Shown here one piece after another: positions 33,075 through 46,900 of a stretch of DNA of 64,000 nt. The DNA is from Haplodiscus bocki (lineage: Eukaryota): assembly GCA_965655095.1 (NCBI GenBank), contig OZ296657.1:61628001-61692000 (forward strand). Reading direction: 5' to 3'. The stretch's first letter is position 1. The number at the start of each line of letters is the position of its first letter. Under the pieces are notes generated by a model. That model was not told where the DNA came from. It was given only the letters and a program-made list of their open reading frames with translations, and did no database searches. The translations under genes were made by a program, and so were the position numbers.

Positions 33075-35569
33075 ATTTGGGACCAACAAAGCTGATTAAT
33101 TTGAAAAGTTTAGACCCCCTCCTCATTAGAACTCCCCCTCTTAAGTGTCGCTCACTTTCAATTTCACCCACCTCTAAATATAGCACAGACTCTTTATAGG
33201 AAGCGCACTGTAAGTACGGGGGTGAACTGTACAGGTGTTAAATGTCCTGTGGTGAATTGTCTTTGGAGTGAAATGCTATTTAACCCAGTAACTGCTACCT
33301 CTTCAAAAGAAATATTGCTGGGCCACACTAATCAAATATTTCGGGGTGAAATATAGGGGGACTGTTATATCCGTGGTGACATGTATCAGGGTGAAATGTT
33401 TGTGGGGTGATTGTCTTGGCACTGTTTTACGGTACAGTAAACGTATTTGCTCCTGTTTGGTCTTCAGGTCTTCGCTATCTTGTTTCAGTGTCGTAAAAAA
33501 GAACTACGTGTCATAATACGGCACTTCCTTTTCTATTGATCGCCGACTAAAAATGGAAATGAAGCAGAATTTTTCCATGTGTGGAGAAAGTTATTATAGC
33601 GAGTTTTCGCGTAACTATTGCAAATACATACTAACGAAGAAAATATTTTGAAAACAGGCCATGTCGGGATTCGAATGTTGCAGAAATTAAATCAAGAGTA
33701 TTTTTGAAGCTATCACATGAAAATTGATACTATCACCAATCACATTCTTTATGCAATTATTGGGAAAACAAAACCTAAATGAAAATCAAGTTCATCTATA
33801 GCTAGCTTTGATAGATAAACTGATAGATAGTTAGCTTTGAATTAAAGTTCGAGTATGAACAATCCGCAAACGGCCCAAGTCGGCGCCGTCCATAAAGGTC
33901 AAAATATCCGTGCGGTATATTGTTATCGAAAATTCGTCGTTTCAACGATAAAAATTGGCATAATGACGTTTTTTTTGGACAAAAATTTTTACACAGAGGC
34001 AAAGCTGAGCTTCGCAATACTTGCGATAATGAAAGACTGGTGAACAAATAGAAAAAGTGTAACTGATTTTTGGGCGCCACGGTACAACAAAAACTACTGA
34101 ATAAAACAATTAAACAGAAGTTTAATTAACTCAGTCAATTCTTAAACTTAAATACAAGTGAAAAGTACGAACTGCTACAGCAAGTAAGTCATTCTATATT
34201 TTAAACAAGCGGGCACAATGAAAAATAGGCCACGCGAACAAAATTTTGCAACTATGCGAGAGCGCATAACTAAAATCTAAGCAACATTAGAACGTAGGCA
34301 CAAATGCGAGTTGTGAACGGATCGAAAAAAAAAGAATCAGGCGCCGGTGGTACAGAAAAAAAATCATTAGAGGGGCTCGTTAGTACGTCGTATATTATTT
34401 GAAGAAGTCCTGAGTTCAAACATCTTTGGTATGTGCCTTTGTGGAAAATTTTGGTATATGTCACGGGGCATCACGAAAAACATATGGTCTGACAGCTCAG
34501 TATATTTTCATACACAAATACGCTATTTTTTGTTCCAGGAGTGAAATCCTAGTACGCTGGTCCTGAATTCAATGGGTGAGCTGAAAAAATTTGACCCCAA
34601 CAGTTTGTAGCTTTATGCGCTGAAAAAAAGCTGTTGTAATTGTAGCCGGCACTTTTCCTAGTCGAACTCAAGTACTGCACGTATTAGAAGTGTGTCAAAC
34701 CAAACGACACCTAAAATGTGGTGAAAGTGCTCTTCACATAGTTTGGGTGGCGTAAAACAAGACAACGTGGTCCCTATGAAGTCTTTCGCCTTTGAGTTCG
34801 ATATCAGAAAGAAAGCCCAGCTTGGCTCAGACAACAAAGCAAAAGTACTGTAGACGAAAAAAGTCTTTCAAATCAATTGCTTCGTTCCGGGAGTTTAAAA
34901 AAAATTAGGTGTCAGGACATGATACCCAAAGTCACAGTACCCAATGCTATGATACCCAATTCGGCATAATACTCAAAAATTAAAAAAATTGTTCGCTATT
35001 TAACACTTAAGAAATCACAAGTCTTGTTATTTTAAATAGCTGATTACAAGTCCAATATTTCTAGTGTCAAAATCACAACAGGGAAAACTACTCGGACTAT
35101 TGAGCGATTTTTGAAAGTTCTCGAAAATTTTTAGACAAGACATACGAAATTTTGAAAATTTTGCAGGTTTTCCCCTTTTCACTATTTTTCAGTTATTAAA
35201 CCGATGTTAAACAATATGAGTTGTATCTGTCCAGGTAGAGAATTCTAAAAATTATTTCTGCCTACGCTTTGTGTTTTCTACAAAAGGGATTCATCGGTTC
35301 ACAATTTTCTGAGTAATATCTCCTTTCCATATGCCGAAACTTTTCGAAAAGACTGAAACCGAACATACTGAGCGCGTGGTTTCTTCGGTGTATTGATTGC
35401 AGTAAAAACTCCCACACGAAATATTCGACACAGCGAGACCAATAGAAAATTGTGATTATACCCATTTCCGGTCGCAAAATCCAGCATTTTTCAATACAGA
35501 GGCAAAGCGGGAATTCGAAACACATTCTGACTTGTTAGTAAAGACCAAAAATAAGAATTCCACATCAAA

Positions 35570-36440
35570 AGTCCAGAGACATTTGAAAACATGATCGGAA
35601 ATGTGATTGACACATTTAGAATTACTACACCTGCTGTCAATTGAAAGTTTGGTCGAAAAAGTCGACATCAGTCAAGTACCTCTCACAGTGCCAAATCCTC
35701 AAACATTTAAGCTGTTAATCATGCCTTTTTAGGTTTGACCACTTTGCAGCCCAATGTTTAAGATTTGAATAGTAAACAAAGCGGGAATGAACAATATACC
35801 ACCAATCGTGTTTCCTACAAGGTGACGAAAAAAAAACGATACATGCTTAAAATTTGAAGCTCTCAAAATAGTGATTGTCGGTAAATAGGCTGGCGGAGCT
35901 TTTTTCAAGTCATTTTATCTCGCCTGTCAATCATCAGATTCGACGCCTAAATTGAATCACAAAATGTGATGATGCCAATTTTCGATTCAAAGTATGAAAA
36001 TTGTTTTAATTCATTTGACCAAAATTAGCAATTTTCATTTCAATGTTAGAAATCAGTGCTCTAATTTGCAATGATTGACAGTTGATTCAAGAAATTTTTG
36101 TAGAATTCTGACGTCCAGTTTACTAATATTAGCATTGTTGACAGCTGAAACTTTCGTTTCTTCGGTCACCTCGTATTCAGAAAATTGAAGACATTGGTAT
36201 GTAAAACATGACGTTTCAGCAGGCTGATGTTCTTTTTTCCGACCATATGTTTACAAAATTAAAACTTTTACAATGCAAAAATAAGAGCTACCTACCAAGA
36301 GAGGCAGTTTTTGATCATTTTCACAACAGCGCCACACTCTCTGATGACGTCACAAAAATTCAAGTTTTGGACAGGATAAAAAAATATGCATAAGCCGGTT
36401 TCCAATACATATTCCTCCTGAGTCAAAATGTGTAAAAACA
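35570..36440 (+). repeat. Dispersed repeat family A, copy 2 (interrupted by a MITE)
   Basis: Similarity to 26200-26860. Confidence 0.75.
35820..36171. mobile_element. MITE with AGGTGAC...GTCACCT termini
   Basis: Inverted ends; related copy at 41587-41794 (shared ATGCTTAAAATTTGAAGCTCT). Confidence 0.75.
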
Positions 36441-36779
36441 TGTTTATTGATAACATGATTAAGTTATTGATATCGTGCAGACCCGATTCAAATCAATATC
36501 TGAGAGAAATAAAGACGCTGTTAATTACTTAATTACTAATAAACAAGCAATTACACTTTAATTTTGGGTTTTTTAGCATGGGGTATTGTGGTATTACGTC
36601 AGATTGGTATTTTGCCATTGGGTTTTATGAATAGGGGTATTGATATGTAACCAGAAAATTAGGTTAAAACTTGAAAGTGAAATTGAGTATTGGTTAGAAA
36701 AAACAGAAAGTTGCCTCAGGATAAAAGTGTAAACATATTTCTCCCAAATCTATATAATTTTCCAGATACTTTCGATGCA

Positions 36780-37833
36780 ATGCCTCGAACTAACGAACAA
36801 ACTGTTTCAAAATTTTTCACCGCTCCGAAAGAAAACGACTGGAAATGCAAATGTGGAAAAGTTACTTCAGAAGAAAGGCACTGGATGCACAAACTTGATG
36901 ATCTATATCAAAACCCACCAACGCGGGCAAATCAAAGACAAAGCCCAAACCTCGATATAATCATTCTTCCAGTCGGGTGAATCCATGACCCGATCAAGGT
37001 AAAACATTTTCGTTGCATCGACTGGATTTGTCAAAATTTACAGCCATTTTCATTTGTGGAAAAAGAATTAAAACGAAAATACACCAATTAAAATTCAATT
37101 CCAAGGAGTAACCCACTGAAATAAATGGAAATGTCGACAAAACGAGTCGAAAAAAAAATGCGAAAAAGCAGTCGGAAATATTGCGCTGATTATAGAAGGG
37201 CGGACAATTGATTCTACACATTTTGTTGTGTGGTCCGCTTCTTAACTCAGCAAGCAAGTAGTTTTAGCCTTTCTTACATTTTCACCACTCCAATCTATTC
37301 GAAATAGAGAGCCTGAATTTGAAGAAAAATTGTCACCTGAAAGCAAAATTGTGCAGATGCCGGTATCGAAACTGCTGTCATCAAGCTCCTGTAAAAGAAA
37401 GACTTCTCTCACGACAGAGGAAAAACAGCGCTGGAAACATTACTCATTGAAAATAGTCGTTGCTAGTGATGACGGAGAAATGGAAGACTCTACCCGTGTT
37501 TCCTGGAAAAAAAGTTGGAAAATAAAAACTGCTGAAGCTCTTACTTGAGAGCGAGCCCTTTGCAGTCAACTTCCAATATTTTGGAACGCTTCTTAAGCAT
37601 TGCAAAATTTGCCGTCAATGATTACAGAAAGAATCTACTAACCATGAATCTGGAAATACCATTTTTCTGAATGTAAACCTTTGTTTTTGGGCAGAAAAAA
37701 AACAGATGACGTTGTTAAAAGAGGCATAGAGAAACAACCAAATAATTGCAATCAAGTGCTATTTAATTTTTGATTAACCAATTAATCGCAGTTTATATTT
37801 TTTAGCCAAAAATTAATTTCCTAAAAACCCCTG
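36780..37833 (+). mobile_element. Internally deleted hAT transposon relic
   Basis: BED-like finger WKCKCGK..QKKGTGCTNLMIYIKTH; dimerisation-domain STSNILERFLSIAK...DYRKNL...LE (~37560-37690); CCCCTG right end. Confidence 0.75.
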
Positions 37834-40800
37834 GTCGCTATCCGAAAATTGTCGAGTCATCGGCCTGTGAAAAGTCTTATCTAATTCATTTTTCCGGGAA
37901 TGCACAGGAAGTGCTGTTCCTGAGCCTCCAGTTTTAATTACGTTCATATAGTTCAAGAAATGGATTGAATTCTTTCTCTCTAGTTTCCATTGCTTCCCTC
38001 TAGCTTTAGCGGCTAAAACTTTGAGATTTCAAATTACACGTCAAGAGAGCAAAACACAACCGAAGGCGGATAGGACTTCGGAAAATTTTTTTGAGACAAC
38101 CATAAGGTCCATCTTTTACCCTTATCCCCACGAATTGGGTTGAATGAATTCAAAATGTCCCGCGGTTCACACTTGAATAATTATATTGACAGGGGAACGA
38201 AAAAAAAATCATATTATTTGTGCTCTCTCACCGCTACTATGATGGTCCGAATGGTCTCTCCTGCACTCCCACACAGCTTAGCTGCGTTTAGAAAAATGAA
38301 AAATTGAAATGTCGCACCAAAATTCTAATTTCGGACCAGGTCGCAATATGACGTACGAAAAAGCGTCAAACACACAAAAACCGAGTAATAAATACTATAC
38401 GTTCTTCGTAAAAACAACATTGTTCGCAGCCGTAAAAACAAAAACCGCGTATCACTATAAATACTAGGTAAAGTTGAAATTTTCCGTAGTCCTAAAAATG
38501 CCAAGGAGTGTGGCATTTGTATACGAATAATTTCTTCAACTTCGTTTACGACGATTTGTTGAGTCAAGAAATATAGCACATTTTTTTTGTTTCCATAGTT
38601 TCAAAATGCTTCATATTAGCTGAAGCCCGCATCTATTTCAAAACTGGCGAGCGATTTAGCAGCGATTGATCGACCAATTCAAATTTTCAGACAAATATGG
38701 AATATTTCCGGGCTCGATATCGAACGCGGCCATCAAGCCCAACTCTATGAAGATAGGCTGAAAGAAAAATATATAACTCAAATTTGAAATAGAAAGGGAA
38801 GATTATTATCGCTGCAGATTTTACAACATGTGTTCAAATTTACTAATTCATCACGCTTCTTCTTTTTCGTAGAAAAAAAAACTTGAGAAATAGTTTGGTG
38901 GATAAATTGTTCGTGCAAAATGCAATATGAGCGCTCTCGAGAGAATGGCAATTTCTGAATATTCATAAAACAATCTCATATTCTTGTTGTTTTTTTTATC
39001 GTAATCCAAAACTCTTAACCGAAACTCTAACACAACTTACCCAAATTTGAAATGCAGACACGAATAAACCCAAAAGTAAGGACTATCTGTTATCAGTACA
39101 TTTAATTTTGGAACATGATTCACATTTCAACCCAAAGTCGGGTTCTATAGAACAACAGACTAAATGCAAACAAACTAAGGAAAGTAATAAATAAACGAAG
39201 AGAGTTGATAAAAAAAAGTGAATAAATTATAGCCGTGTCTTGTGAACAAGACTATAAATACAACATAATCATAGGCTGCGATGGCAGTTAAAATAAAGTA
39301 ACAGCAGGTGTTTGAGAGAGAAAATTGTAGATTGTTTCTGACTGATTCTGCACTTTCAGTTTTCATATCTTCTCATCTTTTGACACCAATAACTATTCCG
39401 GCTATTTTGTGACTAGACCAAAGACAGTAGCCGCACTGTGGCCGCCGACAAAATTACTGGCTCTGTTCAGATTTCCTGTTTTTTTTCTGCCCTTTCTTAA
39501 TCTTCCTTCTCTGTTGTCTTCAGTATTTCAGTATACTGTTTCTTCATTCGCCAATATTACAGCATCCGAAAAACATACAACATATTCCTATTAGCTGAAA
39601 CAGCTTACCGTTACAAAACCGAAGATTCCTAGTGGCTACGATGGAAACATTCGGAAAAACGAAGGATTCCAATAGGTCAAAAGATTGATCAATTATTGTT
39701 TATGACGTAATTCGATAATACCATGATAAGAAGTAGTGATAGGAACGTGCCATGGTGTACTACGAATGAAAAAAGTATACCTTGGATTTTCCTCTCGTCT
39801 TCCCACCACCTACTTATTTTCAATACTTCGCTTTCCACGCGAAAAGAAGGAATTTATATATTTGCCATTGAATTTTTATTCATACTTGGAAGACACATAA
39901 TAAAAATGACATAAAAAAGGTTTCGGAGGGTAACTCGTGCTCATCCATTTTATATACCCTCATAAAACTACATGTGAATCGTTCCTTCCCAATTTCGGTT
40001 AACTAACATCCCTTGCCTAAATACCTCAACGCCTGCGCGTGCTTGAATCCCCTTCCTTTTCCCGATTTGCCATCTTTCTATGCATTCTCAAAAAAAACGC
40101 AGGAAATGCTTCACGGAACGTTACCTCCAAGATTAACACAAGCATTGCTACTTCTTATCCTGATAGAGAACAAAAGTGCCATAAAAGGGAATACCATTGA
40201 CGTAACACCTTATCAAAAACCGACAACGTCATAGATATATTACGTCATAAGATGATGACTGAAGCCAAGGTGTAGACAACCTGTTCATTGTGGGATTTAT
40301 TTGCACATATAGGGGAATAAATTAAGAGGGATTGAAAAATGAAGGCATCAAAAATTATCAATTCGGACGCTTTCATGGATTAATGATTCGCTGGTTGGCA
40401 GATTAGAAAGTGCTGCTAACTTGGCTCAGGTAATATTACCAGTACTAACTAACCATCGGTGAACGCAAGGTTATTTCGATAGTCTCGTTCAAGCTAACTT
40501 TTGGTAAGTTACTGCCTTAATTTGTATACCTAGTACACGCTTGGTCGGTATCGGTAGTACGTAATAACAGCAACATTCCTGTAATGACGTTTACATTAGG
40601 CAGCAGGATTTCTTTTGGTTTTTACATTTCTTAGATTCTTGAATCAATCTCGACTTCCTTCTTTCCTTACACGGTAATCAACCGGTACACTTCACTACCT
40701 TTGGCTGATCCGCCACGTAGGCGAATGATAAACTACACCAACCAACGAACAAACAACCCCCGCCTAAAAAAATAATATAGATATACGACCATCTCTTGAT

Positions 40801-41327
40801 TTTTGTTTGCTTCACAGCGTTTCCTGTTATCCCGCTTTTTCTTGTCCCAGTTTCACAATATTCTTCATCACAAATCTTTTATACTAATAAAAGGATCAAT
40901 ACAACGACTGTTTGACGTAAATAAATTCTCTTACAATGCTAGCGAACGTCGCTTTCAGGAGATATGATTTACTAAAATAGAAACATTTCCTGAAAATCGT
41001 TCAAGGAGAAAACAGATTAAAAATTGAACAGCTTCAAAACGGACAGATAAACATCTTGCACAGGAAGAAGATGTATCTTATATGTATTTTATATGACAGC
41101 AGATTTATCAGAGCATGAAGCACTTCTGTTACTCGCAAGCATTAGGGCTAAATAATTCAACAGCCGAGAAGAGCTAAATGTATATGCGTTTTGATAGAAA
41201 TGTTTGAACGCTAATATAAAAATATAAAACTTAGCGAGTGAACTCGCTGAAATTTTCATGCCTGAAATATAAATGACACCTAGAACGCACATGAGAAAAA
41301 CTAATTGAGAACTGGAATTTTTTCAGT

Positions 41328-41469
41328 TAACTCAACCTCCTCCTCCCCCCCTCCCACACACACCATAAATCATAATGGATATGCGGCGTAATTAACTCGC
41401 GCGCGAATGAATTCTAGCCAATCAGAAACGAGTTCGCTTCTGCGTGGTGGGGGGGGGGAGGAGGAGTTA
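41328..41469. mobile_element. Short MITE with C-rich/G-rich TIRs
   Basis: TAACTC..CCTCCTCCTCCCCCC ... GGGGGGGAGGAGGAGTTA. Confidence 0.7.
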
Positions 41470-41586
41470 TATTTTGAGCTCCTACTGTGGCATTATCTCA
41501 TTTTGAACCTTACAAAATTTCGACTTCGAATTTTCCACTACTACTCCCAAAAACTAAGATACTAAGCAACCCAAAAACCAGAATCT

Positions 41587-41794
41587 TAGGTGACCCAAAA
41601 AAAACCATAGATGCTTAAAATTTGAAGCTCTTAACATAGTTGTTGTTGATAAATAAAGATTGGCAAAGATTGACAGCACATGAAGTTTCTGAAGCATTCT
41701 CACGTCCTGTTTACCAATATTAGCATTTTAAGAGTTAAAATTTAAACAGATGGGTCACCTTTAAAATTTAAACAGACGTTATTTGGGTCACCTA
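41587..41794. mobile_element. MITE with TAGGTGACCCAAA...TTTGGGTCACCTA termini
   Basis: Perfect 13-bp TIR; deleted relative of 35820-36171. Confidence 0.8.
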
Positions 41795-42147
41795 GTTTTT
41801 CATCAAAACATCTTTTCATCACAGAAGCGAAGCGGATCTTCGCAACAATTTCTGAATAGTCATCTGTTATAGCATTCACTAGTATGGTAAGTTGTCATCA
41901 CGAAGAAGCCTTGAATTACAAGTTCAAGCAGAAGAGAGCTGATAAATCTCTAAGTGACGCGGACCGGTGACTCAATGGTTCAAAAGCACTCAGGCCACAA
42001 GATTGCAATCAAGATGGATTGCGGGGTCGCCACCCACGAAGGTCCCAATGTTTTCTCCACTATAGAAGTTGATATTGAATCTACAAATAGAGCTTACATT
42101 GCTTAAAGATCATCAGTTGCGATCAAAGATGAAGAGTACACATCAAA

Positions 42148-42640
42148 GATCCTGAAAGACATTTGATACCATGATCGGAGATGTAATTGACACTCTAAGA
42201 AATAATGCACCACCTGTCAATTAAATCAATTAAATACTTGTCCTAAAAAATCGAAATGAGACATGCACCTGTCTAAGTGTCTCGTACTCAAACACTTGAT
42301 GCGCCAATCAAATCTTTTTAGATAGGCCATTTTTTCAGCCCTATGTTCCAGAGATTTTCACAGCAAACAATGCGAAAATGAGCAATCGCCGCCCAAACAA
42401 TCTCTTATTCAAAACATTGATATCTCAAACAAGACCTTTCAGGATGCTATTGTTCATTTTTCACACCAACGTTTTAAAATTTGGCCTTTTCAGAGCGCGA
42501 AAATAAACAAGTTCCGGCCAAATGTACCAGAAACCATTTTTATCGTTTACACTAGATGATTAGATTCTCCGATGACGTCAAAAAATGCAAGTTTTGAACA
42601 AGATTGAAAATTGGGCATAATCCGTTTTCACATATTCAAT
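42148..42640 (+). repeat. Dispersed repeat family A, copy 3
   Basis: Similarity to 26200-26860 and 35570-36440. Confidence 0.75.
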
Positions 42641-43926
42641 ACGTACATACAGCACCATACCGTTTCTCAAACGGGTGATGAAAGACCTTATATAGCAAAT
42701 ACCGAGAATTGCTCTACTGCTGTGCAAAAAACAGTAATGAAATAGAAAAAAAATCGATAGTTCTTCTAATATTCAATTTATGGGACAGCAAATGGATCAA
42801 AAACAAATAATAGGAAATACATTTTATTATTGTACCTGACAAGTTAAGCGTTCTTCTGTTAGAAATAAATGGTAACAATCATCTAATAGACGTGGAAAAC
42901 GTTAAAAAGGTTTATAACCTGCTGTATACGGCGCCCTACACGATTAACGGTAGAGGAAAGTGTATAGGCCAAAGTAGCCTGTATAGAACAAAAAGCAACA
43001 AATTACCCATCCCTGCACATTCTTCCTTCCAGTTAGAGTGTCAAAATAATCTTTTTGAACAGAACAACATATCGAAAAATTCACTTGAAAATTTGCAACC
43101 GGTGGAGGCACCGACTCTGAGCGTTCCCTGTCGGTTAATCTCCCAGCAAAGGAATCGGTAACACAATACGATAGCCTCGAGGTTTAAGAATTTGTAATGA
43201 CATTGAGGCACATCTCATTGGGACAACAATAGATTAAAAGCCGAAAGACCAACCGGCAACCTGTAAAGACTTGGAATCTCAATTTTAATCCGCTTAAAGA
43301 CCCGCACCCGTGAAAGCCCTTTGGGCATATAGGGAAAATGTAATCCACATTGATTGGATGGAATCGACAGAACAGACTGAATCATTCCATCTCACAGCAC
43401 AAGAGGATTTATTACGTCAAATGAATGACGTCAATATTTAGAATTTATTGCACTGTAACTTCAATAAAGATAGCCAATTGGGTGCCATTCAATTAGCCCA
43501 CCGCTCAAATTAATGGACTATGCTATTGAACGAATTTTCATGGCGCGTATTTGATATCCACTTATCGCTCGGAAATCTCATGTAACCGAATCTCGCTACC
43601 TCAACTAATAATAGAAACTCTCGAAATTCGGCTCAAAGAACAATCAATTTAATGAGCAGTCGGCTATTTGATACGTCAGCGGCATTTATAACAGTAGACT
43701 GCATTATTAAAGACTTGTTTTCATTTATAACTTAAATGACGTCACAATTTAGAATATTTTAAGTCATGACAATAATGACGTCACATCTTAAGCTATATCA
43801 CCTCATTCATTGGTGTACCTTGAGGATAATTTTGATATCAACCAAAGTTTTTCATAGGAACATCCACTCTGCTGATCGTTGATAATTTTGAGCAAACAGC
43901 CAGCTCAAGGAAAAGTTTGGTAAATC

Positions 43927-46900
43927 TGTTCAACGCCTTAGGTAATATTAAAAAGCAGATTCAACGGTGTAAATACTGTATTCGTATTTCATAGCGGTAC
44001 AAAAGTTCAACAGAAACTACGTACAGAAGCATCAGTCATTAAGTACATTATTTACCAATGTTTGGCTAAAAATGTGTCTTTTCGCTGTTATCACATTTTC
44101 CCCTCCGTGGAAATTCATAACTTCTCGCCTTCTCCTTTTTGCATCTTTTCCATCTCAATCGTTTTCGCTGTTCCTCCGCCATTAATATAATCCCGGCACA
44201 GGAAACAATTGATATTTCAACTGTTTGATATTGCATCTTACCGATTTGGCAATTTTGCTAACGGTAGTTTCTGATGACCTCTGGCTTTTTCCGGGTTAAT
44301 TTATTCGGTGAACCCCCATAATCATTATCAATTTGACTTTCTCGACCTGCCGGTGCTGATTGTATGACGCTTTCGTCTGCCGAGTTCGGGTGCAGTATCA
44401 TGTCGTCTTCTAGATTGTTGTACACCGGATTGCAGTCCAACTTGTAAAGTCAAACTCGGCAACACTTACTCAGGTTCACGTCTTCCCGATCCTCGCTCCC
44501 AAATTTTCCATTACAGTCCTATTTGGCTGATCCATTTTCTTCTTTTCGCAGAAGCTATTGTTGCTGTTGTAACCATTCAAGGCCTGTGCGGTCCTCGCTC
44601 CTCTGTCTGGTTGCAGGTCATGGCTCTCGTCGTCATTGATCTGGTATTGTAATTGATGTTCGGGTTGGGTGGTCCGTGGTTTTCTGGTCTAAGACTTCGT
44701 CTCGTCCTTGCTTCGGAAAGCTGCAAATTAGACTGGAGTTCATCGTTAGTGCTGGTCACGTCGTTCCCCCTCTAGCACTATCAAGGGGTTATGGTGTTGC
44801 CTGGTCCGCCAACCGTTAAGGTTCATGTGGGCAGTGTCAATTGAAATATGACTGCTTTGCAGCTCATTGGCAGTGTCAGCAGTCTTGGTGGTCTGGTGCC
44901 AATCCGAGAGGTCTCCAGCGACCACTACTGGTTTTCTCTGGTTTCTATCAGCAGGTCTGTTTTTCTCAAGAGACCTGTTACTCTGGCTGTTCTCATGTTC
45001 GTTTTCAGTCAGTTTTAGGAAGGCTGCCGCTTCAACAGGCTGATTCTAAAGGCTGCGTACAGTAAGGTCGGTTTCATTGCCCGGAAAGTTAAAAAGATGG
45101 TGAGTGTCGTGGGGGCCGGTTTTACACAGTTCGCATTGGTCAGGTACATTTATATTTATTCGACTGTTGTAGCTGTTGAGAACAGAGGAATAGCTCGATC
45201 GTAGTTGTGACAGTTTAACTCTTGCTTCCGTTGGAAGTTTCTCTTTATCGCCTTTGATTTCGGGAGCAGTGGTTTGTAGCAGTTTTGAGGTACCTATATA
45301 CACTTCTTTCACTTCAGGTGTGTGCATGTTTCAGCCCTTTTTTGTATGCAGCCTTGATTAGTGTTTTGGTCGAAAAGATAAGGAATTGATGTTTTGAATA
45401 ACCCATTGAGCGCGGGACAGGCCGTTCTTTTGCCTTCGAGTTCCGTGACGATGTTATGGTCCGATCTTGAGGGGAGGTAGCTGCCCAGTAGGAACTGTTT
45501 TGAAAGGAGTTCCTTGCGCTTCTTTACTGGTAGCATTTTCGTCTCTCTGTGCAGGTGTTCGATTGGGGCCAATTTCAGGTTACCTGTAACAGTACGGAGG
45601 GCAGCGTTTTGTTTAGTTTGCAGTATGTTCCAGTTGGTATGAATGAGTGTGGGTGTCCAGATTGGAGCTGCATAGTTCAGTACGCTGCGCCCTATTGCCT
45701 TGTATCTCACTAAGAGCGTCTCTTTGGTGCACCCCCAATCAGAGCCTGCAATTTGTTTTAGGACATTGTGTCTTTTTTCAGTTTTTCGCTGATGTTCTTG
45801 CTGTGGCGACCGAAGGTCATCATGTTGTCCAACTTGACGCCAAGGATCTTGGGAAATCTTGTCACGGGTATAATTTTGCCATTCACGATGACGTTTGGGC
45901 TGAAGAAGGGTTACATCATCTACGTATGTCACGATTGAGATTTCGCCTGGTGGTAATCGCAGAGATCTCATGTACAGATTGAAAAGGAAGCGCAAGACCA
46001 CCCCACCATGTGGGACTCCTTGTTTCACTTTTCGCCGTTTCGATTTAGTTCCTTCGTATTCTGTGTATGTTTGTCTATCTCGCAGGTATGAGAGCAACCA
46101 TCGTTTAGCATGATTGGGCAGGTCGGTGTTGTTGAAGTCATGCAGCAGCGTTCCGTGACTGACTGTGTCAAAAGCTAACTTCAGATCTAACGCAAAGAGT
46201 ACGGCGCGGTGGCATGGCTTGGGTTTGTTAAGACCATTTTTAATCATATGGTTGATACAATTTAGTGCCGTGTTGGTGGATCTATTCGGTCGAAACCCAT
46301 GTTGGTGGTTTTGGAAATTCATGTGAGTTTCGAGAGTCTGGAGCAGGAGTTTCTCAGCTAGTTTCGCCACAGGTGAAACTAGCGCTATTGGTCTCTACTT
46401 CTTCGACTGCTAGAGATCCTTACCTGATTTTGGTATTGGAACCACCCTTCCTACTCTCCAGGTTTGGGGAATGATGGCACTATTGAAAGAGGCGTTGATC
46501 TTAAGGTGCAAGTAGGCATGGCCCAGTTCGCCTAGGTAGTGCAGGTGGATGGGAGCTATGCCATCATGTCCAAGGGCCTTACTTTTTTGCTACTTTTGAT
46601 GGCCTCACAGATCATGTTTGTGCTGACCGCGTTGTAATCAATTCTTAGTTTACAGCACGTTCGCACCTCTTGCGGAATGTTGTCAGGTTTTGTCTGGTGC
46701 GAAGTAAACTGCAGGTTGAAGAGATTTGCGATCTTTCTTGGTTTCACAATAGGTAGATTCTCGAACTTTATGAGACGGTTGACGGATTTTTTGGCCGACC
46801 CCCTGTCAGTGCTTTCACTGTTGACCAAAGCTTAGCTGATTCGCTTTCGTGGTTGACAGTTGTGAGGAAATCTACCCATCTCCGCTTTTTGTGTTCTTGT

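Larger units (their letters stand above)
34908..36652. mobile_element. Non-autonomous Mutator-like element carrying nested repeats
   Basis: ATACCCAA / TTGGGTAT-type ~15-bp subterminal repeats; 9-bp TSD AAAAAATTA / AGAAAATTA. Confidence 0.7.

Noticed and set aside
27626-33286. Single 5.6-kb TIR element (GGGTTACATGACATTTCAACCC vs GGAGTGAAATGCTATTTAACCC)
   Set aside because: Weak inverted match and no target-site duplication; probably ends of separate relics.
40640-40730. Ubiquitin-like IRLRGG on the minus strand
   Set aside because: No ubiquitin sequence upstream; chance match.
41958-42045. tRNA-derived SINE
   Set aside because: A-box-like only; the B-box is too degenerate to support.
44680-44760. 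Hammerhead ribozyme in the LINE 3' region
   Set aside because: No intact CUGAnGA/GAAA core with supporting stems.
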